A DNA stretch of 60,028 nucleotides, the filler included. It is 5 parts of 5 records of this genome, joined end to end, with 100 filler letters (N's around TTAATTAATTAA, not from the genome) between each part and the next. Parts side by side here need not be neighbours in the genome. Positions count along the whole stretch, not along the records: positions 1 to 9,376 come from SRR31156797_8380; positions 9,477 to 19,197 come from SRR31156797_8383; 3 more parts are not named here. One strand, given 5' to 3'. The position numbers and the translations under genes are program-made. Under the pieces are notes generated by a model. It was not told where the DNA came from. It worked only from the letters and a program-made list of their open reading frames with translations, and searched no databases. Positions 1 to 12,331 of this stretch are shown here, piece after piece; position 1 is the stretch's first letter; each line of letters opens with the position of its first letter.

Positions 1-187
1 TACGTTTTTATTGATTGTTTATTTTCAGGTTGATTTGCTTAATGATGAATATGATGTTTAAAGATATTTAGTTTTTATGAAATCTTATTTTAAATTCTGC
101 ATCAATTTCTATAACGTATAGGTTTATCGACAATCTGAGCAATGATTATAGTGTAGATGACTGACTTTATAAATAAATTTATTCTAT

Positions 188-634
188 CTATTTTACTTCT
201 TTTAGACTAAAAAACTTCACATTTGTATTTTCTACGGCTCCATTATATGCATCTTTACAAGCATAATTAAGAATTATTTTTACGTCTTTATTATCTACCA
301 GTTTATATACGTCTGTAACGGTAAAGTCAATATCATACATTTGCATAGTATCAGAACTTGCCCGTTTATAGCCACTTTTAACCAATATAGATGCATACTC
401 ATCCACGACATTTTTGTATTCATCATATGAAACACTATCATCAAACATATATGTTCTCTCAAATGTTTCGCTGCTTACAGGACTCATCCATTCATGTTCT
501 ACATCCTCTAATAAATGCTCTAGGGAGGGCACATCGCTTTTTTTGTAATACTCTACGCCCTTTACATGGTTAGAGCATGCAGTTAAAGTAAATATAGCAG
601 ACAGTACGAAGATTATTATACTTATTTTTTTCAT
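188..634 (-). CDS. Hypothetical lipoprotein
   Basis: MKK + hydrophobic stretch + lipobox LTAC; AAGGGA RBS upstream. Confidence 0.75.
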   Translation of the reverse strand: MKKISIIIFVLSAIFTLTACSNHVKGVEYYKKSDVPSLEHLLEDVEHEWMSPVSSETFERTYMFDDSVSYDEYKNVVDEYASILVKSGYKRASSDTMQMYDIDFTVTDVYKLVDNKDVKIILNYACKDAYNGAVENTNVKFFSLKEVK

Positions 635-760
635 TCTTAATATCCCTTCAAATATACTTTGTAAATTTAATATATCATATTATTATATATTATTGTTATG
701 CTACCAGCGTAACAATACAAGATAATTATATTATATAATATTAAAAAGAGGAGGCAAATA

Positions 761-1282
761 ATGAAATGTTTGGTTAATTACAATAAAGTATTTAGCATAA
801 TGTCATTAATAGCTGTAATTATAATGACTATTATATTTACAGCATGCAGCGTGCCTGTACAAGGAATAGAGCCTATAGACACACCAGTACCGACAGATAC
901 ACCAGTACCGACAGCAACTGCGATACCCGAAGGATATGTAAAAATTACAGACTATATTTATGCTATATTTGGTATATCCAAGCTGATTATGGAAACATCC
1001 GATGGACAAAAGATAGCACTGTATGTAACTACGGAAACAGATTATGAGATTTCAGAGGAAATGGGTGTATTATATCTTGACGGAGAAATAACATCAGCTA
1101 TTGTTACTCATGATGATTATGATGATAAGATTCCTACCACTGTCCATTCAGACGGCACTATACATCCTGTTGATGGAACAAATTATGAGATTGAATATGG
1201 TGATGGTAAAACAGCGGTCTTTACTATCGGTGAGCATATTTTGTTAGAAAAAGATGGTGACAGCTGGAAATTGGCAGAATAA
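761..1282 (+). CDS. Hypothetical lipoprotein with Pro/Thr linker
   Basis: Lipobox FTAC; DTPVPT-DTPVPT repeat (18-bp tandem duplication near 877-912); GAGGAGG RBS. Confidence 0.75.
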   Translation: MKCLVNYNKVFSIMSLIAVIIMTIIFTACSVPVQGIEPIDTPVPTDTPVPTATAIPEGYVKITDYIYAIFGISKLIMETSDGQKIALYVTTETDYEISEEMGVLYLDGEITSAIVTHDDYDDKIPTTVHSDGTIHPVDGTNYEIEYGDGKTAVFTIGEHILLEKDGDSWKLAE

Positions 1283-1283
1283 T

Positions 1284-1326
1284 AATAAAAAGCAATCAAA
1301 TGATTATTCAAATGATTGCTTCTATT
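1284..1326. terminator. Probable bidirectional intrinsic terminator between convergent genes
   Basis: Inverted repeat AAGCAATCA...TGATTGCTT with A/T-rich flanks. Confidence 0.5.
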
Positions 1327-1343
1327 TTAATAAATATTAGCGA

Positions 1344-1724
1344 TTATTCTCCCAGCAAATCTTCTGTATCAATATCCATTTTGTTGAAGTACAGCAATAA
1401 ATCTTTCATTGATATTTCATTTTCACCGAAATTCTCTTTTAATGCTTCCATATCAATATTTGTGTCAGCGAATTTTTCCTGAATCTCTTCAATAGTAATT
1501 GTCTGACCTTTAAACTGTTCCTGTAAAAAGTCAAGAGTAACATCGGTATTGGTCAGCTGTTCTTTGAGCTCATCCCAGTTAATATCAATGTCTTCAATGG
1601 ATTCTTTCGCTTCTTCAGCTTTTTCAATTATATCACCTACATCATTGATTTCCATTATACCCTCACAGCCTGCAACAGATAATACTGCAAGTGTTACGAG
1701 AAACACAATTATTAATTTTTTCAT
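1344..1724 (-). CDS. Acidic hypothetical lipoprotein, last gene of the gat transcription unit
   Basis: Lipobox VAGC; AGGAGG RBS; starts 14 bp after the gatB stop. Confidence 0.75.
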   Translation of the reverse strand: MKKLIIVFLVTLAVLSVAGCEGIMEINDVGDIIEKAEEAKESIEDIDINWDELKEQLTNTDVTLDFLQEQFKGQTITIEEIQEKFADTNIDMEALKENFGENEISMKDLLLYFNKMDIDTEDLLGE

Positions 1725-1738
1725 TTTGCCTCCTAATA

Positions 1739-3187
1739 TCAGAGTTCTTTTTTGAATAGTCCCATTACTACATCAGGTTTTGCCTTACCTTTTGTTTTTT
1801 TCATTACCTGACCCATCAAGAAGCCTATTACCTGTTGTTTACCGCCTCTATATTGCTCCACAGGACCAGGATTTTCTTCCATTACTTCACGAACCACAGC
1901 CAGCAGCTCATCTTCGCCGCCCATTTGCTTTAGGCTCTTGTTTTCGATTATTTCATCCGGAGTACCTTCGTCGTTAAACATGGCTTCTAATACAGTTGAT
2001 TTGGCAGTTGATACATTTATTATGCCCTCATCTACACGATTTATAAGCTGTGCTAAGTGTTCTGATGTAAATTGCACATCAGCAATCTCTATTTCACGTT
2101 CTTTTAGTATCCTTAGTATATCACCCATTACGAAGTTGGATACAGCTTTGATGTTCTTTGTATATTTCAATGCTTCTTCAAATAAATTAGAAATATCAGG
2201 ATCAGATGTTAAGATAGAGCTGTCGTACTCAGGCAAATTGTATTCCTTTATGTATCTTTCCTTTTTAACATCAGGCATCTCAGGGAGTGATGCACGTAAT
2301 TGTTCTTTCCAGACTTCATCTATTACAATTGGTGCCAGATCTGGATCTGGGAAGTATCTGTAGTCGTTTGCTTCTTCCTTTGAGCGCATTCTCAGGCTGC
2401 GGCCTTTGTTATCGTCCCAGCGTCTGGTCTCCTGTATTATTTTATTGCCTTGGGACAATTCCTCTGCCTGACGCTTGGCTTCTGATTTTATTGCACGGTT
2501 AATTGCCTTGATGGAGTTTAGATTCTTCATTTCTGTTCTTGTGCCCAGTGTACTTGTGCCAACTGGTTTTAGGGATAGGTTAACGTCGGCACGTAGAGAA
2601 CCTTCATTCATTTTGCAGTCGGAGATACCAGCGTACTTTAGTCTGGAGCGGAGAGTTTCCACAAATGCACATGCCTGTTCGGCACATGTAATATCAGGCA
2701 TTGTAACTATCTCGATTAGGGGTACACCGCAGCGGTTAAAGTCCAGCAGTGAATTCTTATCCCATGCATCATGGAGTGATTTGCCTGCGTCCTCCTCCAA
2801 GTGAATTCTCTCTAGTCGTACTTTGCTGTCAATTTCTTTGCCGTTTTCATCAGTGTAGGTGAATTCTACAACACCACTTAGACACAATGGATGATACAGC
2901 TGGGATATCTGATATGCTTTTGGTGAGTCAGGATAGAAATAGTTCTTCCTGTCCATGTGAGCAACGTCATTTATAGTACATCCTGTAGCAAAGCCAGCTA
3001 ATACACATTTCTCTATAGCTGATTTATTTATTACAGGAAGCATTCCCGGCATACCTAAGCATACAGGGCATGTATTTTCGTTTGGGTCAGAGCCAAATTC
3101 ATTTTTGCATTTGCAGAATATTTTTGTCTTTGTATTTAGTTCGCAGTGAACTTCCAGACCAATTGTAATATCGTATCCTTTTAGCAT
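1739..3187 (-). CDS. gatB: Asp-tRNA(Asn)/Glu-tRNA(Gln) amidotransferase subunit B
   Basis: IGLEVH, RKNYFYPD, HLEEDAGKS, GSLRADVN, YRYFPDPDL motifs. Confidence 0.98.
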   Translation of the reverse strand: MLKGYDITIGLEVHCELNTKTKIFCKCKNEFGSDPNENTCPVCLGMPGMLPVINKSAIEKCVLAGFATGCTINDVAHMDRKNYFYPDSPKAYQISQLYHPLCLSGVVEFTYTDENGKEIDSKVRLERIHLEEDAGKSLHDAWDKNSLLDFNRCGVPLIEIVTMPDITCAEQACAFVETLRSRLKYAGISDCKMNEGSLRADVNLSLKPVGTSTLGTRTEMKNLNSIKAINRAIKSEAKRQAEELSQGNKIIQETRRWDDNKGRSLRMRSKEEANDYRYFPDPDLAPIVIDEVWKEQLRASLPEMPDVKKERYIKEYNLPEYDSSILTSDPDISNLFEEALKYTKNIKAVSNFVMGDILRILKEREIEIADVQFTSEHLAQLINRVDEGIINVSTAKSTVLEAMFNDEGTPDEIIENKSLKQMGGEDELLAVVREVMEENPGPVEQYRGGKQQVIGFLMGQVMKKTKGKAKPDVVMGLFKKEL

Positions 3188-3189
3188 GA

Positions 3190-4668
3190 TTACTTACCTC
3201 CCTTTACAACTGGTGTTGCCTTGTGATAATCTGTCTTACTTTGGAAAGCATTAACTGTAGATAAGAGCTTTGATTCGGAGAATTTTGGACCGATTAGCTG
3301 AAGACCCAGAGGCATATTATCTTCGTTAAATCCAGCAGGGAAGGATATACCCGGCAGACTGGCAAGGTTTACGCTGACTGTACATAAATCAGTTAGGTAC
3401 ATGCTCATAGCGTCCTCTTTTTCGCCGAATTTAAATGCGGCGGTCTGTACAGTAGGTGATAGTATCAAATCAACTTGTGAGAAAGCAGAATTGAAACCTT
3501 CAACAATCTTTGTCCTAGCCTTTAATCCCTTGTTGAAATATTCATCATAATAGCCTGAGCAAAGGGCGAATGTTCCCATCATTATGCGACGTTTAACTTC
3601 GTCGCCGAATCCCTCGGATCTTGTCCTCTTGTACAGGTCTTCAACATCAGTTGGATTATCACATCTGTAGCCGTAGCGTACGCCGTCGAATCTCTGCAAG
3701 TTGGATGATGCCTCTGCAGAGGACAGAATATAGTATGCAGGAAGTGCTAGGGCAAGAACAGGAATAGTAATATCTACTACTTTACAGCCCATTTTTTCAA
3801 AAAGCTCTTTTGCATCCTGAACAGCTTTTTTGATTGCTGGTGAGGAATCCTTTGTCATATATTCAATAGGAATACCCAGAGTTGGCTTGGTGAAGTTATC
3901 AATTTCATCTAGGGTGCTTTCGTATTCTTTATCGTATGAAGTGGAATCCTTATCATCGTGACCCTTTATCACATCATACATTGCAGCGACTGATTTTGCA
4001 TCCTTTGCAATTGGTCCGATTTGATCGAAGCTGGAGCCAAAGGCTACCAGTCCATATCTGGATACAGTACCGTATGTTGGCTTAAGTCCAGTTACTCCGC
4101 AGAATGCTGAGGGTTGTCTGATGGAGCCGCCTGTATCACTGCCTAGCGTTACAGGAGCCTGCATAGATGATACTGCTGCTGCACTGCCGCCAGATGACCC
4201 GCCGGGAACACAATTGGTATCCCACGGATTTTTGGTAGGGAACAGAGCAGAATTCTCTGTGGATGAGCCCATAGCGAATTCATCCATATTTGTTTTGCCC
4301 AGTATTACCATTAGGTTTTCATTTATTCTTTCAATAACTGTTGCATTGTACATAGGTTCAAAATTCTGCAATATTTTTGATGCACAGGTGGTCTTTGTGC
4401 CCTTTGTGCAGATATTATCCTTTATACCTACTGGTACACCAGCAAGTGGAGGAAGAGGCTCATTATTTTTTAACTTTTCATCTATTTTATCCTGAACAGC
4501 TTTGGCATTTGCAATAGTCTTCTCTTCATCTATAAGTATCCATGCCTTTATGCTTTCATCTGTGGATTTGATTGCTGTAAGATAAGCCTTTGCTGCATCT
4601 ACTGCTGTTATTTTCTTGTCTTTGATATTTTGAGCAACTTCATATGCTGTTAGTTTAGTTATATTCAT
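3190..4668 (-). CDS. gatA: Amidotransferase subunit A
   Basis: Amidase signature GKTNMDEFAMGSS, PGGSSGGSAAA, GSDTGGSIRQP. Confidence 0.98.
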   Translation of the reverse strand: MNITKLTAYEVAQNIKDKKITAVDAAKAYLTAIKSTDESIKAWILIDEEKTIANAKAVQDKIDEKLKNNEPLPPLAGVPVGIKDNICTKGTKTTCASKILQNFEPMYNATVIERINENLMVILGKTNMDEFAMGSSTENSALFPTKNPWDTNCVPGGSSGGSAAAVSSMQAPVTLGSDTGGSIRQPSAFCGVTGLKPTYGTVSRYGLVAFGSSFDQIGPIAKDAKSVAAMYDVIKGHDDKDSTSYDKEYESTLDEIDNFTKPTLGIPIEYMTKDSSPAIKKAVQDAKELFEKMGCKVVDITIPVLALALPAYYILSSAEASSNLQRFDGVRYGYRCDNPTDVEDLYKRTRSEGFGDEVKRRIMMGTFALCSGYYDEYFNKGLKARTKIVEGFNSAFSQVDLILSPTVQTAAFKFGEKEDAMSMYLTDLCTVSVNLASLPGISFPAGFNEDNMPLGLQLIGPKFSESKLLSTVNAFQSKTDYHKATPVVKGGK

Positions 4669-4955
4669 TATTCCACCACCTTTGGCACAGTGAAGCAGTT
4701 ACCCTCACGATTTGGTGCATTGTGCAGAGCATCTTTAGTAGGGAATTTTACCGGCTCAGTATCATTACGAAGTATATTATCCTCGCCTAGAATATGTGCG
4801 GTAGGAGATAAGCCCTCTGTATCTATTTCGCCTAAAGTCTGGGCGAATTCAATAATTTTGTCCATTTCATCAGTAAACTTACTAAGCTCTTTATCGTCAA
4901 ATTCTAGTTTTGCCAAGGAAGCTATGTAGGCAACCTGTTCTTTTGTTACAGCCAT
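4668..4955 (-). CDS. gatC: Amidotransferase subunit C
   Basis: V..IA.LAKL start and F.VPKVVE end; coupled to gatA. Confidence 0.95.
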   Translation of the reverse strand: MAVTKEQVAYIASLAKLEFDDKELSKFTDEMDKIIEFAQTLGEIDTEGLSPTAHILGEDNILRNDTEPVKFPTKDALHNAPNREGNCFTVPKVVE

Positions 4956-5060
4956 ATATATATCCTTTCAAATCTTATTGCTGAATTGTTAATATCCGTA
5001 TAATTATAAACTATCTTGCATACCGAAAGCAAATTATTTTTGCTGTTTAGTGAACTAAAA

Positions 5061-5400
5061 TGTGTATAATAAAGTGGATTTTACATTAAATGTTGGGCAA
5101 ATTACTAGAAATCCATTATTTTTACGCACAAATGCCCATAAATGTGGATAAACCCGTTACTTATCCACATTTTTTGTGGATAATCCATGTGGTTCATTAA
5201 AAATTCAGGTAAAATTCGTGTAAACTTAGCTGTATATTTTTTGCAAAAAAAGAGGAATTAATAAAAATTGTATATTACCATGTAATAATATGACATTATA
5301 TGCAGAAAAACACACAAAACCTATATTAATATAATAATATAACTAATATAATATTAACTTATTAACAATTTATATAGTATAAGATTATATTATTGATTTT
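5061..5400. promoter_or_regulatory. DnaA-box cluster with adjacent AT-rich tract
   Basis: TTATCCACA or its complement at 5143-5151, 5161-5169 and 5175-5183; TTATACACA complement at 5061-5069; AT-rich run at about 5321-5400. Confidence 0.65.
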
Positions 5401-5430
5401 TATTTATAAACATACATTTTCATTTAGTAT

Positions 5431-6618
5431 TTACTCTGAAGTTTCTTTGAACAAAATTGCACTGTCAATCGCTCTTTCTTCTGTTCCGCCTTCAGGACGA
5501 TTTATAAGCTTATCCATAAATACCATTGTTGATGAACCGCCGCCATCCAGATTATATGCTTCTATGCAGTTTAGATTGTACATTAGTTCGCTTAATTCTT
5601 CCAATGTCAGTCCTTCTGAGTATCCGTCTTCTCTGCCGTCAGCTACAACTATTACATAATGATAAGGAGCGACCATGCCGATAGCTGTTCTGGGATGTTT
5701 TTTTCTATTGTGGGCATATTGGGAGTAATCAAAGGTTGTATTGTTTCCATCGTCATCAAAAAGCTTTGGACCGAAGCAGAATACATGCTGCGCACCTTTA
5801 TCCAGCAGAAACTCACCGCTGATATTTCTTGATGGATAAGTTTTTATTACGCCATTATCAAAAATAGCCATATGATCTCCTGCTAGAATATCACGATAAA
5901 TCTGACCATATCGTATGATTATACCGTAATCAACAGATGTAGCAGAATCAGAATTTATTGCAAGAACTGCATTGTGCTCCTTTGCCATTTCGCTTGTTGT
6001 TTGATATCCGCTGTGAAAGTCATTGCCAGCAAAAACGGGGACAAAATTATCAAGAGATTTAATATAAATATCGGCAACGAATATTTTACTCTCATATTCA
6101 TAGAAATCAAATAACTCAATTGAAAGGGTAGAACTATAGTAGGATGAGTCATTTATTATGATTTCTCCGTCTGTAAACTTTGCATCACGGGTCATATAGG
6201 TACCCTCTTGGATAGGAACTCTAGTAACTATAGGCTCTGGGGTAGCAATAGATGTTTCTGTCTGTGTTATGCTTATACCTTCAGGATTTGGAGTAGCTTC
6301 AATATCAGGTGATACAGAGGCAGTAGGTTCCTCTGTTTGAGTTGGAGATGCAGTATCAGGTGCTAAATTATAAATCTCAGAATCTGGGTTTTCCCAGTCT
6401 TCTGTATCAGAATACAATATTGCAGATGACTCCTTATCTCTGATTGAATAGTTTAGGCTGCTGTTTAGAACGAAGTAAAAGAAACCATAAGACAGGAAAA
6501 ATACACCTACAGTGATGCTTACGATGATAGTATATCTTTTTATTTTTTTATTTCTTCTGCTGCGAGCTACGTCGTAGTTCAAGAAAATATTGTTATAATT
6601 ATTCATTATTAATACCAA
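5431..6618 (-). CDS. Membrane-anchored phosphodiester glycosidase (NAGPA/EpsL-like) protein
   Basis: N-terminal TM, P/T-rich linker, AIN, HPRTAIG, DGR and AYNLDGGGSS motifs; start may be ATG 6606. Confidence 0.88.
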   Translation of the reverse strand: MVLIMNNYNNIFLNYDVARSRRNKKIKRYTIIVSITVGVFFLSYGFFYFVLNSSLNYSIRDKESSAILYSDTEDWENPDSEIYNLAPDTASPTQTEEPTASVSPDIEATPNPEGISITQTETSIATPEPIVTRVPIQEGTYMTRDAKFTDGEIIINDSSYYSSTLSIELFDFYEYESKIFVADIYIKSLDNFVPVFAGNDFHSGYQTTSEMAKEHNAVLAINSDSATSVDYGIIIRYGQIYRDILAGDHMAIFDNGVIKTYPSRNISGEFLLDKGAQHVFCFGPKLFDDDGNNTTFDYSQYAHNRKKHPRTAIGMVAPYHYVIVVADGREDGYSEGLTLEELSELMYNLNCIEAYNLDGGGSSTMVFMDKLINRPEGGTEERAIDSAILFKETSE

Positions 6619-6874
6619 AGTAATATGTTACATAAATATTACTTAACCTATCATACTATATGATTAGGCTAAAATCAACATGTATAATAGTGTCTATATC
6701 TGAAAAAAAGAGAAACATATGAATTAATATGATATAAAAAGTAAGTAAATGAGATATTTTATCAACATTCAGAAGAAGTTTTACCCATTCCACAAAAATT
6801 CATAATAATAGATTTTACTGAATACAATTGATTACAGGGAAATTTATTTATAATAGAAGTGGACGGTAGATAAT

Positions 6875-7510
6875 ATGCAATACTTAGGGGGAAGCAATAG
6901 AATAGTAATACATGGCAAGCTGTCAGGACCTGTAAAATACAGTCATCAGATATATAATGATACATTTTATACGCTGAATCTAAAATGTAATAGATTATCA
7001 GGTACTTATGATATTATCCCAATTACTGTTACAAAGGGCATATTGGATACAATTAAATTAATTGAAAATTCTGATTATTTAATAAAAGGACAAATCCGCT
7101 CTTATAATAAGATGATTAATAATAAAAATAAGCTGATAATTACTGTATATGCAAAGAGCATTCAGCAATCATCTCAACCAGAAAAAGATGGACTGAATTC
7201 TGTTCATTTGGAGGGATACATCTGCAAGAAGCCTAATTACAGGAAGACACCATTCTTACGTGAAATATGTGATATTTTGCTGGCTGTTAACAGAGCTCAT
7301 GGTAAGTCTGATTATATACCAATAATTGCATGGGGTCATACTGCAAGGACTGTCAGCAATTATCCAGTAGGGCAGAAGATTATTATTACAGGCAGATTCC
7401 AATCCAGAGATTACAATAAGCATACAAAGGACGGACAGATAAAGCAGATGACAGCTTTTGAAGTCTCTGCTATGAAGATAGAGATAGCAGATAGCATGTA
7501 TTATGATTAG
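6875..7510 (+). CDS. ssb: Single-stranded DNA-binding protein with two OB folds (clostridial type)
   Basis: Duplicated N.V.(I/L).G...D.IP(I)...(K/T)G.(I/F).S pattern; no acidic DDxPF tail. Confidence 0.85.
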   Translation: MQYLGGSNRIVIHGKLSGPVKYSHQIYNDTFYTLNLKCNRLSGTYDIIPITVTKGILDTIKLIENSDYLIKGQIRSYNKMINNKNKLIITVYAKSIQQSSQPEKDGLNSVHLEGYICKKPNYRKTPFLREICDILLAVNRAHGKSDYIPIIAWGHTARTVSNYPVGQKIIITGRFQSRDYNKHTKDGQIKQMTAFEVSAMKIEIADSMYYD

Positions 7511-7635
7511 ATATATTATTCTATTTAGTATTACTGATATTTAATGTTTCAAGAGTTATAAGCTATTGCCAAAATCATTGTTATATAGCATTGATACACA
7601 AGAGATATATTCCAAACTTTCAGAACCTTATAAAC

Positions 7636-8148
7636 TCACTGCACAATATTCATCTTATTCGTATATTTCATCATATACTTAGCTGCAAAGCCTATGAATA
7701 ATCCTGTTGCTATAGCTATTACAATAAGCCAAGGCAATAAAGCTGCAAGGCTGATGGTATCTAATATTAATATAGCAATTAAAAGCTGTGTCATATTGTG
7801 AGCTATAGCACCTGCAATGCTCACTGCTATTATAGAAATTTTTTCCTTTAGTAATTTTTTTAGCACAAACATACAAATTATACTGATAAATCCGCCGGAA
7901 AGCGAGTAGGCAAGAGTTATAGGGGAGGAGAAGAGAAATGCAGAAATAACGGTTCTGATTATCATTATGATAATTGCCTGAACGGGACCAAAGCTGTAGA
8001 GCATTACCAAGGAAATAATATTCGGTAGTCCGATTTTGGCTCCAGGTATTGGAAGCGCAGGTATAAAAGACTCAACATAGCTTAGCATTAGTGCAATAGT
8101 TGCTAACAAAGCTAGTTGAGTAATTTTTCTTGTTGTTATTTTCTTCAT
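7636..8148 (-). CDS. Gx transporter / heptaprenyl diphosphate synthase component I family membrane protein
   Basis: LSYVE..IP..PIPGAKIGL.N and S..GA..HN..Q motifs; multi-TM. Confidence 0.85.
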   Translation of the reverse strand: MKKITTRKITQLALLATIALMLSYVESFIPALPIPGAKIGLPNIISLVMLYSFGPVQAIIIMIIRTVISAFLFSSPITLAYSLSGGFISIICMFVLKKLLKEKISIIAVSIAGAIAHNMTQLLIAILILDTISLAALLPWLIVIAIATGLFIGFAAKYMMKYTNKMNIVQ

Positions 8149-8159
8149 TATATAGTTTG

Positions 8160-9341
8160 TTATTTCTTTATTTTATCTAGGAATGATGTGCCTTGGACTT
8201 TGCCTTGCTCTAAGTTAAGATATTCCAGGCATGTTGCGGCAATATTAGCAAATGTATCGCCTTGTCCTAGGTCTACACCTGGTTTTAGATTCTTTGAATA
8301 CACTAACAAAGGGACCAATTCTCTGGTATGGTCTGTGCCCTTGTATCCTGGATCGACACCATGATCTGCTGTGATTATCAGCACATCTTCATCAGACATT
8401 TTGTCCATATATTTACCGATATATTCATCGGATTCTTTTAGTGAATCTGCAAAGCCTTCAATATCGTTTCTGTGACCGTATTTCATATCTGTATCTACAA
8501 GATTTACAAATAAAAGTCCTGAATAATCCTTTGTGATTTCTTCAAGTGTAGACTCAAGACACTCTGGATTGCCATGAGAATGTATTGCCTTGTTTATACC
8601 GCTGCCGCAGAATATGTCTTCTATCTTTCCAACACCTACACTAGACAGCCCTGCCTCATCTATGACATTCAGCATAGTTACATCAGTAGGCTCTAGGGAG
8701 AAGTCTTTCCTGTCTGCAGTTCGTACATAGTCTGGATATTCGCCGGTAAATGGTCTGGCAATAACACGAGCCAATGCATGTTTGCCCTGTAGTATTCCTC
8801 TTGCCTTTTTGCATATGTCATACAATGTATCGATGTCAACTACACTGTCATGAGCAGCTATCTGGAAAACGCTGTCGGCAGATGTATAGACTATTAATTT
8901 ACCAGTTTCTATATGCTCCTGTCCCAGTTCCTTTATAATTACTGTACCTGATTCTGGTTTGTTTCCGATTACTTCATAGCCTGTTAATTGGGTGAATTCA
9001 TCCAGCAAATCCTTCGGAAAACCATTTGGATAAACAGGGAAAGGTTTTGGAGTGATAAGCCCTGCCATTTCCCAATGTCCGATGGTGGTATCCTTGCCCA
9101 ATGACTGCTCAGTCAGAACTCCATAGGAGCCTTTTAGCTCTGGTAGGTCAAAATCATCATTATTGTATTTATTTCTTATGTGGTACAGACCCATTGCTCC
9201 TAAGTTTGGCAGCTTAAGGTCAGGATATTGGCGAAAAACACTGCCCAGAGTATCAGCTCCAAAATCCCCGAAGTCTACGGCATCTGGTGCATTACCGGTT
9301 CCTACACCGTCTAAGACTATTAATATTATTTTATTACTCAT
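8160..9341 (-). CDS. deoB: Phosphopentomutase
   Basis: LDGVG.G, GKDT..GHWE, YTSADSVFQIAAH, GHRND, TADHG.DP, TDHTRE; ATG 9341 chosen for its AGGAGA RBS. Confidence 0.97.
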   Translation of the reverse strand: MSNKIILIVLDGVGTGNAPDAVDFGDFGADTLGSVFRQYPDLKLPNLGAMGLYHIRNKYNNDDFDLPELKGSYGVLTEQSLGKDTTIGHWEMAGLITPKPFPVYPNGFPKDLLDEFTQLTGYEVIGNKPESGTVIIKELGQEHIETGKLIVYTSADSVFQIAAHDSVVDIDTLYDICKKARGILQGKHALARVIARPFTGEYPDYVRTADRKDFSLEPTDVTMLNVIDEAGLSSVGVGKIEDIFCGSGINKAIHSHGNPECLESTLEEITKDYSGLLFVNLVDTDMKYGHRNDIEGFADSLKESDEYIGKYMDKMSDEDVLIITADHGVDPGYKGTDHTRELVPLLVYSKNLKPGVDLGQGDTFANIAATCLEYLNLEQGKVQGTSFLDKIKK

Positions 9342-9376
9342 ACATTCTCCTTGTGTAATGTACATATCGTTAAATA

Positions 9377-9476
9377 NNNNNNNNNNNNNNNNNNNNNNNN
9401 NNNNNNNNNNNNNNNNNNNNTTAATTAATTAANNNNNNNNNNNNNNNNNNNNNNNNNNNNNNNNNNNNNNNNNNNN
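9377..9476. other. Artificial contig linker
   Basis: N44-TTAATTAATTAA-N44 (stops in all six frames). Confidence 0.99.
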
Positions 9477-11060
<1,584 letters not shown>

Positions 11061-11084
11061 TTCACATTAACTCATTATTAAAAA

Positions 11085-11678
11085 TTGCAAATGAATTTTA
11101 CAGCAATCGATTTTGAAACGGCAAATGGAAAGCGTAATTCGGCATGTTCTTTAGGATTGGCTCGCGTTGTTAATGGACTTATAGTTGAAAGCAAAGAATG
11201 GTTAATTTCTCCGCCCGAAATGTATTTCCATCCAATGAATGTAAGCATTCACGGCATTACGGAAGATGATGTAGCCAATCAACCCAGTTTTAATTACATC
11301 TGGGACGAAGTAAAAGATTATATCCAAGGAAATATGGTAATTGCTCATAATGCAAGTTTTGATGTATCAGTGCTAAGAGCCTGTCTTGAAACTTATGGAA
11401 TTCCATTGCCTGAATTTGATTATATGTGTACCGTTCAAATCAGTAGAAACATTTGGCCCAATATGCCAAATCATAAATTGAATACAATGGCACATCTTTT
11501 TGATATTCCTTTAAAACATCATGATGCTTTAGAGGATACTTTGGCCTGTGCTAAAATAGCCATAAAAGCATGTGAAGTTATGAGTGCTCCAAATCTTAAG
11601 GTATTGGCAAACGATATTAAAATTTCACCAGGAAAAGTATATTCAGGTGGATATAAAGCACCAAAAAAACTTAAATAA
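11085..11678 (+). CDS. DEDDh 3'-5' exonuclease (Pol III epsilon-like)
   Basis: AIDFETAN, AHNASFD, HHDALED motifs. Confidence 0.92.
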   Translation: MQMNFTAIDFETANGKRNSACSLGLARVVNGLIVESKEWLISPPEMYFHPMNVSIHGITEDDVANQPSFNYIWDEVKDYIQGNMVIAHNASFDVSVLRACLETYGIPLPEFDYMCTVQISRNIWPNMPNHKLNTMAHLFDIPLKHHDALEDTLACAKIAIKACEVMSAPNLKVLANDIKISPGKVYSGGYKAPKKLK

Positions 11679-11787
11679 GCTTAAATTGAATATCAAAAAT
11701 GATTTTTTTCCTAACTTGTGATTTCAAATAGATAAGCCCTTTCAGCTAGTCTTTTACTAGCCTATAATTTAACTATAGAATATTAAA

Positions 11788-12327
11788 ATGAGTTTTTTCC
11801 AAAATATAAAAAAACAACTTGCCGATCGTATAATTAATGGAAAGCAGAAGAAAAATCCTAGAAAAAAGGAGTTCCATAATCTGGAAAGTGCTAAAAACAT
11901 TGGTATTATTTTCGACACTCAGAATGATAAAAACCACTTAACGGTAAAAAAATTCTCTGATAATTTAAGCCAGAAAGGATATCAGGTTAAAACAATAGCT
12001 TGGGTTGATGCAGATATATTACCAGATTATGGTGTGGGTCAAAAAATAATATTTTACACCAATAAAGATGTGAAATGGAATGGTGAACCAATAATTCCGG
12101 AATTACTGGAATTTGTACATCAGAAATTTGACCTTCTGTTTGTTCTAACAGATGCAAGTCATATTTCGATGCAATACATTTCTAAATTATCTCAAGCCTC
12201 TTGTAAAGTAGGTTCATTATCAGAGAATAACGAACATCTGGATTTAATGATTGATCAGAGTAAAAATAAAACAATCGAAAATTTAATTGAAGAAAGCTTA
12301 AATTACTTAACACTAATAAAAAAATAA
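11788..12327 (+). CDS. Conserved Bacteroidota hypothetical protein (DUF6913-like) upstream of dapA
   Basis: IGIIFD...FDLL...A.CKVG...DLMID pattern; ligA-X-dapA context. Confidence 0.6.
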   Translation: MSFFQNIKKQLADRIINGKQKKNPRKKEFHNLESAKNIGIIFDTQNDKNHLTVKKFSDNLSQKGYQVKTIAWVDADILPDYGVGQKIIFYTNKDVKWNGEPIIPELLEFVHQKFDLLFVLTDASHISMQYISKLSQASCKVGSLSENNEHLDLMIDQSKNKTIENLIEESLNYLTLIKK

Positions 12328-12331
12328 TAAA

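Noticed and set aside
4956-5430. T-box riboswitch upstream of gatCAB
   Set aside because: I found no T-box consensus or terminator/antiterminator on the minus strand; the region holds DnaA boxes instead.
6875-7510. Double-OB SSB as a novelty
   Set aside because: Two-OB SSB paralogs are common in Clostridia.
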